Shown: in pieces, positions 29,199-32,000 of the stretch
Layout of the letters: every line of letters begins with the position of its first letter
How positions within the stretch are numbered: the stretch's first letter is position 1
Source: Mycoplasmoides genitalium G37
GTDB lineage: Bacteria > Bacillota_I > Bacilli_A > Mycoplasmatales > Mycoplasmoidaceae
Direction: 5' to 3'
Assembly: GCF_000027325.1 (NCBI RefSeq)
Contig: NC_000908.2
Span: 120,001 to 152,000, forward strand
DNA length: 32,000 nucleotides
Notes under the pieces: generated by a model
Seen by the model: the letters and a program-made list of their open reading frames with translations, nothing else
What the model was told of the DNA's origin: nothing
Databases searched by the model: none
Translations under genes and position numbers: made by a program

Positions 29199-31328
29199 AT
29201 GATTAAAAACCTGGTGGTGATTGAATCACCCAATAAAGTTAAAACATTAAAACAATATCTTCCTAGTGATGAATTTGAGATAGTCTCAACCGTTGGTCAC
29301 ATCAGAGAAATGGTGTATAAAAACTTTGGTTTTGATGAAAATACCTATACCCCTATCTGAGAAGATTGAACTAAAAATAAACAGAAAAATCCCAAACAGA
29401 AACACCTGCTCAGTAAGTTTGAGATCATCAAATCAATCAAAGCTAAAGCTAGTGATGCACAAAACATTTTTTTAGCTTCTGACCCTGATAGAGAAGGGGA
29501 AGCCATCTCTTGGCATGTCTATGATTTATTGGATCAAAAAGATAAAGCTAAGTGCAAACGAATCACTTTCAATGAGATCACTAAAAAAGCAGTAGTAGAT
29601 GCATTAAAACAACCGCGTAACATCGATCTTAACTGGGTTGAAAGTCAGTTTGCCCGCCAAATCCTTGACAGGATGATAGGTTTTAGATTATCAAGATTAT
29701 TAAATAGTTATCTGCAAGCAAAGTCTGCAGGTAGAGTTCAATCAGTGGCTTTGCGCTTTCTTGAGGAAAGAGAAAAGGAGATAGCTAAGTTTGTTCCGCG
29801 TTTTTGGTGGACAGTTGATGTTTTATTAAACAAAGAAAATAACCAAAAAGTAGTTTGTGCAAACAAGTCTATTCCTTTGGTTTTAAGAGAAATTAACCCT
29901 GAATTAAGTGCTAGTTTAAAACTGGATTTTGAAGCTGCTGAAAACGTATCAGGAATTGACTTTTTAAATGAAGCTTCAGCAACCAGATTTGCCAACCAAC
30001 TGACTGGCGAATATGAAGTTTATTTTATTGATGAACCTAAGATTTACTATTCATCTCCAAACCCAGTTTATACCACCGCTTCACTTCAAAAGGATGCAAT
30101 TAATAAGTTAGGATGGTCTTCCAAAAAAGTAACAATGGTGGCCCAAAGACTGTATGAAGGGATTAGTGTTAATGGGAAACAAACTGCATTAATTAGTTAT
30201 CCAAGAACTGATTCAATTAGGATTTCAAACCAATTTCAATCAGAGTGTGAAAAGTACATTGAAAAGGAGTTTGGAAGTCATTATTTAGCTGATAAAAATA
30301 AGTTAAAAAGACATAAAAAGGATGAGAAAATCATCCAAGATGCCCATGAAGGGATCCATCCTACTTACATTACTATTACCCCCAATGATCTGAAAAACGG
30401 GGTGAAACGCGATGAGTTTCTCCTTTATCGTTTAATATGGATTAGAACAGTTGCTAGTTTAATGGCAGATGCTAAAACATCAAGAACTATTGTTCGTTTT
30501 ATAAACCAAAAAAACAAGTTTTATACCTCTTCAAAATCACTTTTATTTGATGGTTATCAAAGGTTATATGAAGAGATTAAACCTAATACTAAAGATGAAC
30601 TTTACATTGATCTTAGTAAGCTTAAAATTGGTGATAAATTTAGTTTTGAAAAGATCAGCGTTAATGAGCATAAAACCAACCCACCACCACGTTACACCCA
30701 AGCTAGTTTAATTGAAGAGCTTGAAAAATCTAACATCGGTCGTCCCTCTACTTATAACACTATGGCCAGTGTTAATCTAGAAAGGGGCTATGCTAACTTA
30801 GTGAACCGATTTTTTTATATCACTGAGCTTGGTGAAAAAGTTAATAATGAACTTTCCAAGCATTTTGGGAATGTAATTAATAAAGAATTTACCAAGAAGA
30901 TGGAAAAATCTTTGGATGAAATTGCTGAAAACAAAGTAAACTATCAAGAATTTCTTAAGCAGTTTTGAACAAATTTTAAATCTGATGTTAAACTAGCTGA
31001 AAATTCAATTCAAAAAGTGAAAAAGGAAAAAGAATTGGTTGAAAGAGATTGTCCTAAATGTAATCAACCGTTGGTATATCGTTACACCAAAAGAGGTAAT
31101 GAGAAGTTTGTTGGTTGTAGTGATTTTCCTAAGTGTAAATACAGTGAGTTTAGTAATCCTAAACCAAAACTAACCTTGGAAACACTTGATGAATTGTGTC
31201 CTGAGTGTAACAATAAACTGGTTAAGAGGAGAACTAAATTTAACGCTAAAAAGACCTTTATAGGTTGCAGTAATTTCCCTAACTGCCGTTTTATCAAAAA
31301 GGATAATGCTGCTGAATTTAAACAATAA
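29199..31328 (+). CDS. topA: DNA topoisomerase I (type IA)
   Basis: Starts at ATG 29199 ([19 protein letters not shown]). TGA about 29358 and 29367 join it to track ORF 29529..30968, and TGA 30966 joins that to 31017..31328 (709 aa). Motifs seen are DPDREGE, the active-site Tyr context ISYPRTDS, and two C4 zinc ribbons (CPKCNQ...CSDFPKC and CPECNN...CSNFPNC). Confidence 0.96.
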
Positions 31329-32000
31329 CAGCGTTCTTATTGTTGCGTTTGTAATTGTTTCTTTATTCTTTCTAATAATTGTTGGGTTTGCTTTAAATTT
31401 AGCAATTGCTTTTTCACTCCATTTAAAGCAGAATAAAAATAACAAAAAATACATCTTAAATGACCAACAGATCCAGTTAAGATTAACTGAAAAACAAGCC
31501 CAATTAACAACTTTACTTAACTTTTATCAACAAAAAATTGAAAGTGTAAACAGAGAAAAAAGTTGGTTAGAAAGTCAGTTACAGGTAATTGATAAAAAGG
31601 ATTTAAAGCAAGCGCAAAAGTTAACTTTACATTTAAAAAAAGACCAAATATTAGCTCAACTTAATGAAAAGCTGATTCAAAAAAAAGTTGATCAGCCTTT
31701 AGTTAATGAACTACAGAAAACCAAACTTTCCTATCTTGAAAGGTTAGTTGATCAAAAGATTAAACTCAGTGAAAATAATTTCAAAAGTGCTTTTCTTAAA
31801 ACGAAGGTAAAAGAGACAGCATTTAATATCTTTGCAGCTAAAAACAAGGTGAACTGGGAGTATTTTAAACAGGTGTGTGATGCTGATTGCACTTTAAAAA
31901 ACTTAGAAGATGAAGTGGAAATTACTTTTTCTAATTGGAGTTATTTGAGAAGGATGCAAGCTCTATTAGCGTTTGAAAAACTAATTAGCAAAATCAAAAC
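31306..32000 (+). CDS. N-terminally membrane-anchored coiled-coil protein, function unknown (3' end lies outside the window)
   Basis: ATG 31306 lies in frame 1, preceded by TAG at 31261-31263. The frame is open to the window end, so it is absent from the ORF track. The product begins [36 protein letters not shown] (TM), followed by K/Q/L-rich heptad-like sequence. It overlaps the topA end by 23 nt. Confidence 0.7.

Noticed and set aside
26385-29475. Several short ORFs cross the ABC transporter and the topA start: 26385..26591(-), 26697..26897(-), 27234..27416(-), 27537..27758(-), 27792..27995(-), 28020..28205(-), 29045..29233(-) and 29293..29475(+).
   Set aside because: All are explained as off-frame or antisense shadows of the table-4 permease, ATPase and topA reading frames. 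In particular, 29293..29475(+) is out of frame with the TOPRIM domain that clearly occupies this region.
29738-31454. Antisense ORFs 29738..29995(-), 31082..31297(-) and 31170..31454(-) lie opposite topA and the downstream gene.
   Set aside because: They lie opposite strongly supported coding sequence (topoisomerase core and zinc ribbons). Their K/L/F-rich translations are typical of the reverse complement of AT-rich genes.
1-32000. The many short adjacent same-frame ORFs in the track could be read as a region full of pseudogenes or frameshifts.
   Set aside because: All the breaks are TGA codons. No frameshift is needed to rejoin any gene, and the rejoined products are full-length homologues with intact catalytic motifs. 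UGA = Trp explains everything.
1-32000. I searched for CRISPR arrays, mobile elements, long direct or inverted repeats, toxin-antitoxin pairs and defence islands.
   Set aside because: I saw no repeat-spacer periodicity, transposase or integrase motifs, or clusters of small paired genes. The window is filled wall to wall with housekeeping genes, so there is no room for such a system.

Overview
This window is a very AT-rich, almost gap-free stretch of housekeeping genes that only makes sense under translation table 4 (UGA = Trp). Nearly every split in the supplied standard-code ORF track is an in-frame TGA. Rejoining same-frame fragments gives 31 CDS, 30 on the + strand and only def on the - strand. 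By my hand count about 545 nt (under 2%) is non-coding, and there are 13 gene overlaps. The gene order is dnaB(3' end)-lipoprotein-surface protein-ung-gatC(fusion)-gatA-gatB-GntR-trxB-whiA-secG-rnr-cdaA-def(-)-gmk-prpC-prkC-rsgA-pgi-rpe-asnS-pgsA-cinA-two orphans-galE-ABC transporter (ATPase plus 2 permeases)-topA-coiled-coil membrane protein. From memory this order, and the protein lengths, match Mycoplasma genitalium MG_094 to MG_123 or a very close relative; I cannot verify that without a search. I found no rRNA, tRNA, CRISPR array, mobile element, long repeat or recognisable defence or toxin module, and I will not claim a dramatic new system. The parts that deserve a second look are lineage-specific additions to core machinery. 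These are a GatC fused behind a roughly 390-aa polytopic, possibly ECF-S-like, membrane domain; a degenerate IspD/TarI-like protein overlap-coupled to an orphan and galE; and a CUT2-type ABC transporter with no binding-protein gene, a roughly 60-aa NBD2 insert and a roughly 145-aa permease tail. Also notable are a PrkC kinase with no extracellular sensor, an ER/K single-helix-like segment in a surface protein, and collapsed remnants of Bacillus-type gene neighbourhoods.
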